Source: Promethearchaeota archaeon (GTDB lineage: Archaea; Asgardarchaeota; Lokiarchaeia; Sigyniarchaeales; SOKP01). From it: a stretch of DNA of 29,918 nt. How positions within the stretch are numbered: position 1 is the stretch's first letter; each line of letters begins with the position of its first letter. Where the stretch lies: contig JABCSY010000050.1 of the NCBI GenBank assembly GCA_018238625.1, positions 1-29,918 on the forward strand. Direction: 5' to 3'. Of this stretch, positions 10,164 to 20,185 are shown in pieces. The notes under the pieces are model-generated. The model had not been told where the DNA came from and made no database searches. It was given only the letters and a program-made list of their open reading frames with translations. Position numbers and translations under genes: made by a program.

Positions 10164-10601
10164 TTAGACTGTTAGCAAAAGAGCCACTAATATGAAACTA
10201 ATAATGATACCTAGTACGATCCCTATTGCGATTCCGATTAAAAAAAGGAGGATTTGTATTACTATAACAAAAACGAATGACTCGCCAAAATCTTTTTTAT
10301 AAATAATTTTAACAACAATAGCTCCAATAATAATGGCAATTACTAATTCCACGATACCAAATAGAAAGTTTGCTCCAAACAAGAATTCAACTAACATACT
10401 AACTGGAATATTAGTTAATAGCCAAATTAAATTGACTACGAATGCTGTTAAGAGAGAATCGCTCCATTCGTTTTTCCTAGCTTTCCACCGCGTCACAAAT
10501 ATACCAATTATAAACATTACAATTGCTAAAACTAATACTAAAATAAACGCAGTAAGAATTACTATTTCATCAGCTGTTAGAAATAACATATTTATCATCA
10601 A
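10164..10601 (-). CDS. Hypothetical 4-TM membrane protein (likely start ATG 10589, MLF...)
   Basis: Four hydrophobic segments separated by short charged loops. Confidence 0.7.
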   Translation of the reverse strand: MMINMLFLTADEIVILTAFILVLVLAIVMFIIGIFVTRWKARKNEWSDSLLTAFVVNLIWLLTNIPVSMLVEFLFGANFLFGIVELVIAIIIGAIVVKIIYKKDFGESFVFVIVIQILLFLIGIAIGIVLGIIISFILVALLLTV

Positions 10602-10707
10602 ATTTTTGGATATTAAAGTATAATTTGGCCTACTTAAATATAAATATATACTTTTTATGCAATCTCCCCTAATTTTTAATATTAGAAGGTGAAATTAGTT
10701 AAAAAAT

Positions 10708-10731
10708 GATAAGAGAATGATTTACTCAGAA
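10708..10731. repeat. 24-bp direct repeat, copy 1
   Basis: gataagagaatgatttactcagaa; 23/24 identical to 12823-12846, both followed closely by gctaa. Confidence 0.8.
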
Positions 10732-10894
10732 AAGCTAATATTTGGATTCAATAAATACTAAATAGACCTTTCAGTTCTCAATTGATTTATCTTTTTCCGT
10801 AAAAAAGAATTATATGGTTACGATAATTATTATAAAAATGCAAATCATTTTGTAATAAAATATTTGCCATCTTTAATTGGTGTTATCAGAATAG

Positions 10895-12196
10895 ATGAGT
10901 CGTAAACAAATTTTTAAAAAAGAGAAGTTTTCTGTCATTGCTTTAATACTTCTTATCGGGACTGTTGTTATGGGTTTGGGGTATATGTCATATTCCATAC
11001 CAAAAACCGTCAGTAGTTCTTATCAGATTTCAGGCGTTGAATATGTTGCTTCTAAGATTGAAATATATAATAATGTAGAAATGGGCGAAATAAAAATTAA
11101 TAATCTTCCTAAAAATTCGGTAAACATTTTAGAGGCAAATTGGAATTTTGATACAGTTAAAGGTTATGGTCCAACTACAAATATCATAACGCATAGTAAG
11201 ATTGGAAATATTCTAAAAATCTTTATTAACCTTCCTTACCATGAAAATATCTCAAATGTAGAGTTCGACATTTTTATTAATCCCAATTATGAACTATATG
11301 ATTTCATTAGTATTACTGGAGAAGCAAACATAAATATAAAACTAATGAATATGAATTTTAATCGTTTTGAAGTTAGTACAACTACAGGGGGTATTAATAT
11401 TGATCTTACTTATATAGGTTTTCATAATGATCATCTTGTGACTTCTGCAACAGGGAGAATCTGGTTAGACTATTGGGAACTTGTATTTATTGGAGGAGGT
11501 AAATTTGATGTGTTAACTAGTGCAAGTTATATTGATATTAAATGGACACAACATATTAAATGTTATCATGATATAAACATTACTATTGCTTCAGATGATT
11601 ACGTAAGATTTAAATATTGGTGCCCGCTCGAAGTGAGTAGAATGAGAGTTGAATTAGAAACAACTACCGGTACAAAAAGATTTTCCGCAGATAGTAAAGA
11701 TTTCATTGAAGTTACCCCCGGTCACTATCATTCAGTCAATATTAACGATACGAGTATAGATTTCTTAGATGTTGATTTGATTACAACAGAGGGCTATGTT
11801 TGGGCTTATATAGTTGATTGTTTTAGACCTCAAAGGTATTGTGATCATACAATGGCTCAATTTCCCTGGAATGTACATACTAATGGCTCCTATGTTATTC
11901 AAAGAGCAGGACATGATGTTTCAACTATTGAAATCTATAATGATACAACCAACGCACCAAATACATATCTATTGTTAGATCAAAGTTCAGATAATATTTT
12001 GGAAATAAATTGGGATTTAATTTATTTACAGGGGCCTAATCATGGATTAGGTACAATAGAAGTTGAAGTTTCACATAAAATTGTTGGAGATATTTTAAAG
12101 GTATATATATATTTAATCTACCAACCAGATCTAATTAGACCTATGTTCGATGGAGGATATTTGCATATCCATACTCATCCAAATTATGGTATTTAA
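10895..12196 (+). CDS. Membrane-anchored extracellular beta-rich protein with DUF4097/adhesin-like repeats and a duplicated terminal domain
   Basis: N-terminal TM/signal; central (T/S)TG.I.I repeats; IEIYN...NILE.NW...H..(I/V)G.ILK...PNY occurs twice. Confidence 0.65.
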   Translation: MSRKQIFKKEKFSVIALILLIGTVVMGLGYMSYSIPKTVSSSYQISGVEYVASKIEIYNNVEMGEIKINNLPKNSVNILEANWNFDTVKGYGPTTNIITHSKIGNILKIFINLPYHENISNVEFDIFINPNYELYDFISITGEANINIKLMNMNFNRFEVSTTTGGINIDLTYIGFHNDHLVTSATGRIWLDYWELVFIGGGKFDVLTSASYIDIKWTQHIKCYHDINITIASDDYVRFKYWCPLEVSRMRVELETTTGTKRFSADSKDFIEVTPGHYHSVNINDTSIDFLDVDLITTEGYVWAYIVDCFRPQRYCDHTMAQFPWNVHTNGSYVIQRAGHDVSTIEIYNDTTNAPNTYLLLDQSSDNILEINWDLIYLQGPNHGLGTIEVEVSHKIVGDILKVYIYLIYQPDLIRPMFDGGYLHIHTHPNYGI

Positions 12197-12261
12197 ACTG
12201 GCACTAAACGATTAACAACCAATCTAAAAGAAGTAGAAATAATGTTTTCTCTTTTAATTAA

Positions 12262-12699
12262 TTATATCAAGTTAAATCCTACAAATTGATAAAATTCGGG
12301 AATTAAAGAAAAGATAAGATACAAAACTGTTAACGTTAACAAAGATATCCATAAGGATTTTTCCCAACTGATATCGATCAAGTATTTATTGAAGACAAGA
12401 ATTAATAAAAATCCGGATATTGAAACAAGTTTAATTAAAAAATTATTCCCTCCATTATCAAATCGCAATAATATCAGTGAATCTCCAAGAATTTGAAGTA
12501 AAAATGCCATCACGCCAAAAAATAAAGGAAGTAACAAAACAAGAATAAAACTGGAAAGGACCATCATATATTTCTTCTCTAATGCCTTTTGCTTTGTTTC
12601 AAGTCGCAGAACCAGAGCAAAAGTAATTAAAGATATAATTATTCCGATAATAACCAACCATAATATGTTATACAATAGATATTCAATTTGAAATAGCAT
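12262..12699 (-). CDS. Hypothetical 4-TM membrane protein
   Basis: 145 aa, four hydrophobic segments; resembles 10164-10601. Confidence 0.7.
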   Translation of the reverse strand: MLFQIEYLLYNILWLVIIGIIISLITFALVLRLETKQKALEKKYMMVLSSFILVLLLPLFFGVMAFLLQILGDSLILLRFDNGGNNFLIKLVSISGFLLILVFNKYLIDISWEKSLWISLLTLTVLYLIFSLIPEFYQFVGFNLI

Positions 12700-12822
12700 G
12701 TTTTCTAACCGTTTAAAAAATCATAATTAGCTTTTACTTGCTATAAGGATAATTTTATATCTATTAAAAGAATTTGTCAACTTTAAAATATTATTAAATA
12801 AAAAGAAATTCAATTTATAGAA

Positions 12823-12846
12823 GATAAGAGAATGATTTAATCAGAA
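12823..12846. repeat. 24-bp direct repeat, copy 2
   Basis: gataagagaatgatttaatcagaa; see copy 1. Confidence 0.8.
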
Positions 12847-12848
12847 TG

Positions 12849-13316
12849 CTAAGTAATTTCAATTCCGCACGAAGAGCAAATTATTGTATCTTTATCGATT
12901 TTATTTCCGCAATTATGACAATGCAATGCTTCATTAACTTGTTTTGGGAGGGTTTTTAGAGTTGTTGTTCCTTCTATTCTCTCAAGTAGGGAAAACAGAC
13001 TTGAAAAGAGACCATTATACCAAGATTGTTTGAGTTTTTCAACTCTTAAAATTGTTCTTGAAAGAGGCGTAGCTTCCACTCGAATCAGGATTTTGTTGTT
13101 TTTTAAATCGTAAAAATTAATTCGAATTCGCTTCTTCCAATTCGGATCGTGGCCCGTATTGGTGTTCATAGTCCCTTGTTTAGCTTCTATAAAAGTAGGA
13201 GGAGTATGCTTTTTTATTTTGGCTTTATGTTGGCTAGTTATCCATTGCATTGCGAGCTCAAAAGCTTTATCGATAGGAATTTGAAGAGTTTCCTCATATA
13301 TCACAGTAACATTCAT
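12849..13316 (-). CDS. Zinc-ribbon domain-containing protein
   Basis: C-terminal CHNCGNKIDKDTIICSSCG. Confidence 0.8.
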   Translation of the reverse strand: MNVTVIYEETLQIPIDKAFELAMQWITSQHKAKIKKHTPPTFIEAKQGTMNTNTGHDPNWKKRIRINFYDLKNNKILIRVEATPLSRTILRVEKLKQSWYNGLFSSLFSLLERIEGTTTLKTLPKQVNEALHCHNCGNKIDKDTIICSSCGIEIT

Positions 13317-13395
13317 AAAAACTATATATTATAAGTTCGTATCATCTATAATTTTTGCCATTGGATGATTTTCTCAAATATAATTTTGATAAATG

Positions 13396-14820
13396 CTATA
13401 ACCCTAATTCCCGTAATTTACGAGTAACTTCTTGTTTTTTGGTACTTTTCAGATCAAACCATTTATAAAAGATTAACGCACCCACACTGCAAATAATGAA
13501 TGGAATTAATCCTTGAATTATCCGAAGACCTATTAAGGCATCAAACTGATGAGAAACATCTAGGGGGTCATAAATTGTGAGCGCGTGAATAATTGCTATA
13601 ATAAAACTCTGAAACACTACAGAAGTGCGAACGAAAAAGTTTCTAATTCCAATTAAAGTAGTCTCGTGATGTTTTTTTAATTTCACAGCGATTTCATCGT
13701 AACAGTCAGCCAAAACGGGTGATAACATAATCAAGAACAATGTTACTGATACTCCATTTAGGATGCTTGTTAAATAGAACTGAAACGCGTTCACAATAAA
13801 GAGGTTTAATAATAGACTTACTCCATAGGAAGCTAAACCGATTACAAAAGCGTTCGAATGTCCTATTCTTTTAGCTAAGCGAACCCATATAGGCATTGTT
13901 AGAAAAGCAGATAGGAGCATTAAAATTGAACCTATGCTTCTTATGTGTTGCCCCTCTTGTAGAACATCATCAATAAAGTTGACTGTATTCATGCTCATAA
14001 GACCAAACGCAATCATGAATGTGAGATAAGAAAATACAGCCAACATGAAATTTTTTTGTTTTATAGCTATCTTCATAGTTTTAAAAAAGGGAATTCTTTC
14101 CGAGTTGTCATGTCCTACGATGAATCTCTCTTTTATCGCTTTAGATTCCTTAGATCCAGGTATAAACACCAAAAGTGAGCACGATAATATAATAGTGCTG
14201 ATAAACGCAGCGATTGTGAACGATATTGGATTTCCGGGATCAATTATTAGTGACCAGATTGTGATTGCTAAGAAATTTGCTATAAAAGTAAAAATTTGAG
14301 TTAATATCCCTCCTTTTCTACGCGTTTTATCTCCCCTAAAATGAGCGGCAAAAGCACCAAAAGAATGGGTTTGAAGAAGAGAATACGACATATCGTATAG
14401 GAATACGATTACTATAAAATATATTAGAATAGGCCATACACTTTCAATCCCTGATACTTGAGGGGGTGTAAATAGGAAGAAAAACAGGATAATCGTAGGA
14501 ATCCCTCCAATAATGATCCATGGCGTATGAAACCCTCGCTTTTTGGTCCATTTGAAGGGTTTATCTGTAAGGTATCCTATAAATGGGTTAATTATCATAC
14601 TCAATATTACGTATAGTGTATTTGCGAGTGCCATATATATTGGCCATAAAGGAACTATGCTGATTAAACCGAGCTCTCCTTCGTAGAATGTCCAGACATA
14701 ATTATTGAAAGCTATCATAATAAAAGTATTCAAAAAATATCCGGTTGAAAACATTACCATCTTTATCATACTAGGTTCTTCAAGTTGAGTATGATTCACA
14801 TTATTATTTGAGGTTTTCAT
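13396..14820 (-). CDS. MFS transporter, GPH-like
   Basis: ~12 TM; INPFIGYLTD..., PWIIIG, YDMSYSL, PIWVRLAKRIG, PVLADCYDE. Confidence 0.85.
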   Translation of the reverse strand: MKTSNNNVNHTQLEEPSMIKMVMFSTGYFLNTFIMIAFNNYVWTFYEGELGLISIVPLWPIYMALANTLYVILSMIINPFIGYLTDKPFKWTKKRGFHTPWIIIGGIPTIILFFFLFTPPQVSGIESVWPILIYFIVIVFLYDMSYSLLQTHSFGAFAAHFRGDKTRRKGGILTQIFTFIANFLAITIWSLIIDPGNPISFTIAAFISTIILSCSLLVFIPGSKESKAIKERFIVGHDNSERIPFFKTMKIAIKQKNFMLAVFSYLTFMIAFGLMSMNTVNFIDDVLQEGQHIRSIGSILMLLSAFLTMPIWVRLAKRIGHSNAFVIGLASYGVSLLLNLFIVNAFQFYLTSILNGVSVTLFLIMLSPVLADCYDEIAVKLKKHHETTLIGIRNFFVRTSVVFQSFIIAIIHALTIYDPLDVSHQFDALIGLRIIQGLIPFIICSVGALIFYKWFDLKSTKKQEVTRKLRELGL

Positions 14821-14966
14821 CTTTTATTTCAGAGTTTATTCTTGATATTATTTTATTCGTTCTGTTAGTTATTAAAGTATTCTCCCAAAAAACAAAAAAT
14901 AATCTATTGTCTCAAATTATAGTTTATTAGAATAAATTTTATTTAAAGGATGATATTATCATAAGA

Positions 14967-16085
14967 TTGCTCGAATACGAGAGTAAGGAAATCTTTAGCA
15001 AGTTTGATGTTCCATTAGTCAGGAACATGTTAATTCTAAGGGGCGAAGATATTGAAGACAAAGTTAAAGGATTTTCATTTCCAGCAATTGTTAAATCACA
15101 AATCGCTATTGGAAGCAGAAAAAAAGCGGGGTTAATAAAAATTGCTAAATCCCAAAATGAGGCAATTTCACTGTGTAATGAGTATTTTAATAGAAATATA
15201 GCTGGGTTTCAGGTTGAAGCAATTCTTATTGAAGAACTCGTTATAATAGAACACGAGTATTATTGCTCAATCGCTTTAGACGCTTCGGGAAGGCAATTCT
15301 TTCTAATTGCTAGCAAAGAAGGGGGAATTGATATTGAGGAGGTTGCTAAAACAACTCCAGATGCAATATTAAAGGAGAGTTTTTCCTTTCATGATGGGGT
15401 GTCTGAAGTGTTAGCAAGTAAAGTCGCTCGTCAATTGGGATTTAATGGCAAACAAATTGTTACGGCTTCACGAATATTCATGAAATTATGGGATATAGCT
15501 TTGAAGTTAGAGGCACAACTTGTAGAAATAAATCCTCTGGTTATGACTCCTTCTGGATTATTTGCCGTAGATGGAAAGATGATTTTGGACGACAATGCGG
15601 CGTTTCGTCAGCCAATCACTCAAAACTTACAAGAGAGGAAGTTAAGTGAACTAGAGAAGCTTGCGAAAAAAGCGGGTTTTTCGTTTGTTGAACTATCCGG
15701 AGATATTGGTATCTTAGCAAATGGAGCAGGACTCACGATGGCTTTGTTAGATGTCTTATCTGATTTAGGTTTACAATCAGCTAATTTTTTGGATGTTGGG
15801 GGCGGGGCTAGTAAGGAAAGGGTATATGAGGCGCTGGAATTGATTTTTAAATTACAGCCGAAAGTTGTTTTGGTAAATATTTTTGGAGGTATCACTCGAT
15901 GTGATATAGTTGCTCAGGCGATAATTCAAGCTCTCAAAGATTTTTCAGATGCTCCACCAATGGTTATTAGACTAACAGGGACTAACGAAAAAGAAGGGAT
16001 TGCCTTGCTTAAAGCGGCAAACATGGATGCGTTCCAAGATGTTATGGGCGCAGTTAAAAAAGTAAAAGAGGTGCTGAGTGAATAG
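14967..16085 (+). CDS. sucC: Succinyl-CoA synthetase (ADP-forming) beta subunit
   Basis: LEYESKEIF, VKSQ, GGIDIEEVA, EINPL, DDNAAFRQ, NGAGLTM, ANFLDVGGGA, NIFGGITRCD, RLTGTN. Confidence 0.92.
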   Translation: MLEYESKEIFSKFDVPLVRNMLILRGEDIEDKVKGFSFPAIVKSQIAIGSRKKAGLIKIAKSQNEAISLCNEYFNRNIAGFQVEAILIEELVIIEHEYYCSIALDASGRQFFLIASKEGGIDIEEVAKTTPDAILKESFSFHDGVSEVLASKVARQLGFNGKQIVTASRIFMKLWDIALKLEAQLVEINPLVMTPSGLFAVDGKMILDDNAAFRQPITQNLQERKLSELEKLAKKAGFSFVELSGDIGILANGAGLTMALLDVLSDLGLQSANFLDVGGGASKERVYEALELIFKLQPKVVLVNIFGGITRCDIVAQAIIQALKDFSDAPPMVIRLTGTNEKEGIALLKAANMDAFQDVMGAVKKVKEVLSE

Positions 16086-16947
16086 CATGTATCTTAACGA
16101 GAAATCAAAAGTAATCGTTCAAGGAATTACGGGAAAACAAGGGAATTTTCACACTCAAATTATGCTTAATTATGGTACTAAAATTGTTGCTGGAGTTACA
16201 CCCGGAAAGGGGGGTCAAGAAGTATACAGTGTCCCAGTTTTCAACGAAGTGAAAGAAGCAATTCAAGAAACGAACGCAGACACGAGTATAGTTTTTGTTC
16301 CAGCAAAATTCGTTTTAGATGCATGTATGGAAAGTCTAAATGCGGGAATCAGGATGACATGTGTTATTACCGAAAATGTCCCCGTGTTTGATATGGTTAG
16401 GCTTGTTGAGAAAGCTAAGGAAAAAGGTCTACAGATAATCGGTCCGAATTGCCCTGGAATGCTAATCCCCGATAAAATCAAATTAGGGATAATGCCAAGC
16501 GACATGTGTCATTACGGTGAGGTCGCAGTAATCTCAAAGAGTGGAACTTTGTCTTACGAAATAACAAAAGCGATTGGAAATAGTAATATCGGGGTTTCTG
16601 CGTACATTGGTATAGGTGGAGATCCTGTGAGAGGAACTACTATGCAAGAAGCTGTAGCTTATTATTCAGAGGACCCAAACACCAAAATAATAGTACTTAT
16701 TGGAGAAATTGGAAGCGACGAGGAAGAAAAAACTGCAGAATATATCAAAGAACATGTTTCTAAACCCGTAATAGCATATATTGCAGGAAAAAGCGCTCCA
16801 GAAGGAAAAAGAATGGGACATGCGGGTGCGATAATCTCTGGCAATTTTGGTTCAGCTAAAGGAAAGATTCAAGCATTGGAATCTGCTGGTGCATCAATAG
16901 CAAATTTACCCTGGGATGTTCCAAAAACAATTCAAGAATTAACTTAA
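16078..16947 (+). CDS. sucD: Succinyl-CoA synthetase alpha subunit (start GTG 16078 or ATG 16087)
   Basis: VIVQGITGKQG, GVTPGKGG, IGPNCPG, SKSGTLSYE, GIGGDP, IGEIG, RMGHAGAII (phospho-His). Confidence 0.93.
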   Translation: MNSMYLNEKSKVIVQGITGKQGNFHTQIMLNYGTKIVAGVTPGKGGQEVYSVPVFNEVKEAIQETNADTSIVFVPAKFVLDACMESLNAGIRMTCVITENVPVFDMVRLVEKAKEKGLQIIGPNCPGMLIPDKIKLGIMPSDMCHYGEVAVISKSGTLSYEITKAIGNSNIGVSAYIGIGGDPVRGTTMQEAVAYYSEDPNTKIIVLIGEIGSDEEEKTAEYIKEHVSKPVIAYIAGKSAPEGKRMGHAGAIISGNFGSAKGKIQALESAGASIANLPWDVPKTIQELT

Positions 16948-17045
16948 ATAAACTATTTGAAGAAGTTATAAATAATAAATAAACCTTATTTTTATGGAAA
17001 TCTTAGTATAAATAGATTTGAGAATATCATCGAGAGTGAAAATAG

Positions 17046-18668
17046 ATGGATATAATAATAAAAAATGGACGCATCATTGATGGTACGGGAAATCCTTGGT
17101 TTAAAGCAGATCTCGCTATTGAGGGAGGAAAAATCATTGATATAGGCGTTTTAGATTCTTTAAAAGGTGAAAAAGTTGTTAACGCTAAGGGACTCGTAAT
17201 ATGTCCCGGATTTATTGATATTCATAGTCATGCGGATTCAACAAATTTAGTTCATCCGCAACAGGAAAGTACAATACGACAGGGCATTACGACGATAATT
17301 GGAGGGAATTGCGGCTATGGTCTAGCTCCTATTAATCACGATAAGAAAGATTTAATTTTGAAATATTTAACAAATATTATACGCTTTAGCGACGATTTCA
17401 AGATAGATTGGAGTTCATTTGGAGAATACCTGGCTAAAATTGAAAAAGTCGGAATGGCCTCAAACATGATTCTTCTTTTAGGGCACGGAACAATGAGAAT
17501 ATCGGCAATGGGATTTGATGACAGAGAACCGACTGATGAAGAACTTGCCATTATGAAAAATTACACAACTGAGGCAATGGAGGTAGGTGCTTTAGGATTA
17601 TCGACTGGCTTATTTTATCCCCCCGGTATATTCGCAAAAACAGAAGAAATAATAGAACTCTGTAAAATAGTTTCTGAATATAATGGATACTATTTTTCTC
17701 ATATTCGATCTTACGGTCCTAAGTTGATGAAATCCATAAGAGAAACCATTAAAATCGGGAGAAAGGCATATTTGCCAGTACAAGTATCGCATATCTCGAT
17801 TTTTGGTAAACCCTTTTGGGGTACGGCAGATGCTGTCTTAAGCCTTATAGAAAGAGCACGAGATAAGGGATTAGAAATAAATTGCGACATGCATCCGTAT
17901 GATTCAGTAATGACGGGCTTAGAAATGCTATTACCGCCTTGGGTTTTCGAAGGCGGTATTATTAAAACACTTGAAAGGCTAAAAGATCCAGAAACGCGAG
18001 AAAAAATCAAATATGATCAATTACATGGTTGTGAAGGATGGGATGAGTGGTTTCCTATCGAAGTTATTGGATGGGAGAATATTCTTCCGGTAATGCTTCA
18101 TAGTGAAAAATACAAACCCCATAAGGGAAGAAATTTTAAGGAAATTTCTGAGATATTTAAAATGGATTTGTTTGATACTGTTTACGATCTCATGATTGAA
18201 GAAGAGGGCGAAGCATCGATGATTATAACGCATTTAAGGGGTGAAGAGGATATAATCAATTTTATGAAAAGTAATCTTACTGCTTTTGAAACTGATGGGT
18301 CTTCCGTAGCTCCATACGGTGAACTAGCAGAAGTAAATCCTCATCCTCGGTTTTACGGAACATACCCTAAAATTTTAGGAGAATTTGTTAGAGAAAAACA
18401 AGTGCTTACTCTTGAAACCGCGATCCGGAAAAGTACTTCCTTACCTGCGCAAATGGTCGGATTGCTCGATAGGGGTTTGTTAAAACCAGGAAGTTGGGCT
18501 GATATCGTAATCTTTGATCCTAAAACGGTAATTGATAAAGCAACCTACGCTAATCCTCATCAATATCCCATTGGAATTAATTATGTAATTGTAAACGGAA
18601 AGATCGTTTTAGAGAATGGGGAACGCGTCGACATATTGCCTGGAAAAGTATTAAGACACGAGAAATAA
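17046..18668 (+). CDS. N-acyl-D-amino-acid deacylase (D-aminoacylase, amidohydrolase superfamily)
   Basis: IIDGTGNP, PGFIDIHSHAD, GITTIIGGNCG, LSTGLFYPPG, SHIR, HPRFYGTYP, ADIVIFDP. Confidence 0.9.
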   Translation: MDIIIKNGRIIDGTGNPWFKADLAIEGGKIIDIGVLDSLKGEKVVNAKGLVICPGFIDIHSHADSTNLVHPQQESTIRQGITTIIGGNCGYGLAPINHDKKDLILKYLTNIIRFSDDFKIDWSSFGEYLAKIEKVGMASNMILLLGHGTMRISAMGFDDREPTDEELAIMKNYTTEAMEVGALGLSTGLFYPPGIFAKTEEIIELCKIVSEYNGYYFSHIRSYGPKLMKSIRETIKIGRKAYLPVQVSHISIFGKPFWGTADAVLSLIERARDKGLEINCDMHPYDSVMTGLEMLLPPWVFEGGIIKTLERLKDPETREKIKYDQLHGCEGWDEWFPIEVIGWENILPVMLHSEKYKPHKGRNFKEISEIFKMDLFDTVYDLMIEEEGEASMIITHLRGEEDIINFMKSNLTAFETDGSSVAPYGELAEVNPHPRFYGTYPKILGEFVREKQVLTLETAIRKSTSLPAQMVGLLDRGLLKPGSWADIVIFDPKTVIDKATYANPHQYPIGINYVIVNGKIVLENGERVDILPGKVLRHEK

Positions 18669-18926
18669 TTTGCACTTGTAGATTTCCAAAAATGATAAAT
18701 GTAATTTTCTTTTAATGAACCATGGTTAAAAGACTTCTATTAATAGAGTGATTTAAGAGACCACTTATTATCCTTGATCATCTCAAAAAGTTTTTATATA
18801 TGAATTTATATATATATTTGAGCTCACCATAAGATTTATATATAATAATATACAATAATATATTAATTATCTATTATCTTAACAAAATTCAATTTTTATT
18901 AATTTGAAAAAGAGGAGAAATAGAAA

Positions 18927-19541
18927 TTGTTCAAGGGAAAATTATCCACTTTAAAAAACATTACTTATTTAATGATATTGGGGCTACATACTTTTTATTT
19001 TGCATGTTTCATATACAATACATTGCCTGATTATGTTATTACAATAATTTCTTCATTAAGCTTCGCGAGCTTAATTATTTTAGGGTTTTATTCGTTTTTA
19101 ACCACAAAATTCTATTATTATTACTTCTATATTGGGATTATTATTAGTAGTTTTCCAGTTATGTTCATAGTACATTTAAGCGCTATACTTATTGTTCCTG
19201 AATTGATTATTCTTACTATTCTATTGTTTAATGGGCTGGAACAAGGTTCAGTTTACTATAAAATGAGAGTTAATAAAAAAGCTAATTTATTTCAACATGA
19301 TCCCGCTGTAACTAATTTGCGTAGCCCGGTTGCTCCGTATTTAGCGTTTAGAATGGATGAAGTTTGGAATCCTAATGGTGCACTCCCGATAAGGAGTGAA
19401 GATGAGCTATTAGAAAAGGAAACTTCTAATGTGAAAATGCTATCACTCAGTTTTTTACTTACAATCGTGCCTTTTATTAGCTTAATGATCTATCTTTACG
19501 CTAAATGGAAGCACGTTCCTCCAGGTCCGAGTCCCCCTTGA
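18927..19541 (+). CDS. Hypothetical membrane protein (4 TM, soluble loop, 1 TM, Pro-rich tail), copy 1
   Basis: GAGGAG SD, TTG start, intact 204-aa paralog pair. Confidence 0.8.
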   Translation: MFKGKLSTLKNITYLMILGLHTFYFACFIYNTLPDYVITIISSLSFASLIILGFYSFLTTKFYYYYFYIGIIISSFPVMFIVHLSAILIVPELIILTILLFNGLEQGSVYYKMRVNKKANLFQHDPAVTNLRSPVAPYLAFRMDEVWNPNGALPIRSEDELLEKETSNVKMLSLSFLLTIVPFISLMIYLYAKWKHVPPGPSPP

Positions 19542-19570
19542 ATTAATTTGAAAAAGAGGAGAAATAAAAA

Positions 19571-20185
19571 ATGTTCAAGGGAAAATTATCCACTTTAAAT
19601 AATATTATTTATTTAATGATATTGGGGCTGCATACTTTTCTATTTGCATATTTCATATACAATACATTGCCTGATTACGTTATTACAATAATTTCTTCGT
19701 TAAGTATCGCGAGCTTAATTATTTTAGGGTTTTATTCGTTTTTAACCACAAAATCCTATTATTATTACTTCTATATTGGGATTATTATCAGTAGTTTTCC
19801 AGTTATGTTCGTAGTACATTTAAGCGCTATACTTATTGTTCCTGAATTGATTATTCTTACTATTCTATTGTTTAATGGGCAGGAACAAGGTTCAGTTTAC
19901 TATAAAATAAGAGTTGATAAAAAAGCTAATTTATTTCAACATGATCCCGCTATAACTCATTCGCGTAGGCCAGATGCTCCGTATTTAGCGTTTAGAATGG
20001 ATGAAGTTTGGAATCCCGATAGTACACACCCGATAAGGAGTGAAGATAAGCTATTAGAAAAGGAAGCTTCTAATGTGAAAATGCAATTACTCGGTTCTTT
20101 ACTTACATTCGTGTCTTTTATTAGCTTAATGATCTATCTTTACGCTAAATGGAAGTACGTTCCTATAGATCCGAGTCCCCCTTGA
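19571..20185 (+). CDS. Hypothetical membrane protein, copy 2
   Basis: 174/204 aa identical to copy 1; ATG start. Confidence 0.8.
   Translation: MFKGKLSTLNNIIYLMILGLHTFLFAYFIYNTLPDYVITIISSLSIASLIILGFYSFLTTKSYYYYFYIGIIISSFPVMFVVHLSAILIVPELIILTILLFNGQEQGSVYYKIRVDKKANLFQHDPAITHSRRPDAPYLAFRMDEVWNPDSTHPIRSEDKLLEKEASNVKMQLLGSLLTFVSFISLMIYLYAKWKYVPIDPSPP

Larger units (their letters stand above)
18898..20185. repeat. Head-to-tail tandem duplication, 644-bp unit (18898-19541, 19542-20185)
   Basis: Each unit starts attaatttgaaaaagaggagaaata and ends ccgagtcccccttga; no indels; ~93% nt identity in the CDS by hand alignment. Confidence 0.95.

Noticed and set aside
18927-20185. Diversity-generating retroelement TR/VR pair
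   Set aside because: Differences are not confined to adenines of one copy: in the 3' half 12 have A in copy 2, 6 have A in copy 1 and 8 involve no A. No reverse transcriptase is present.
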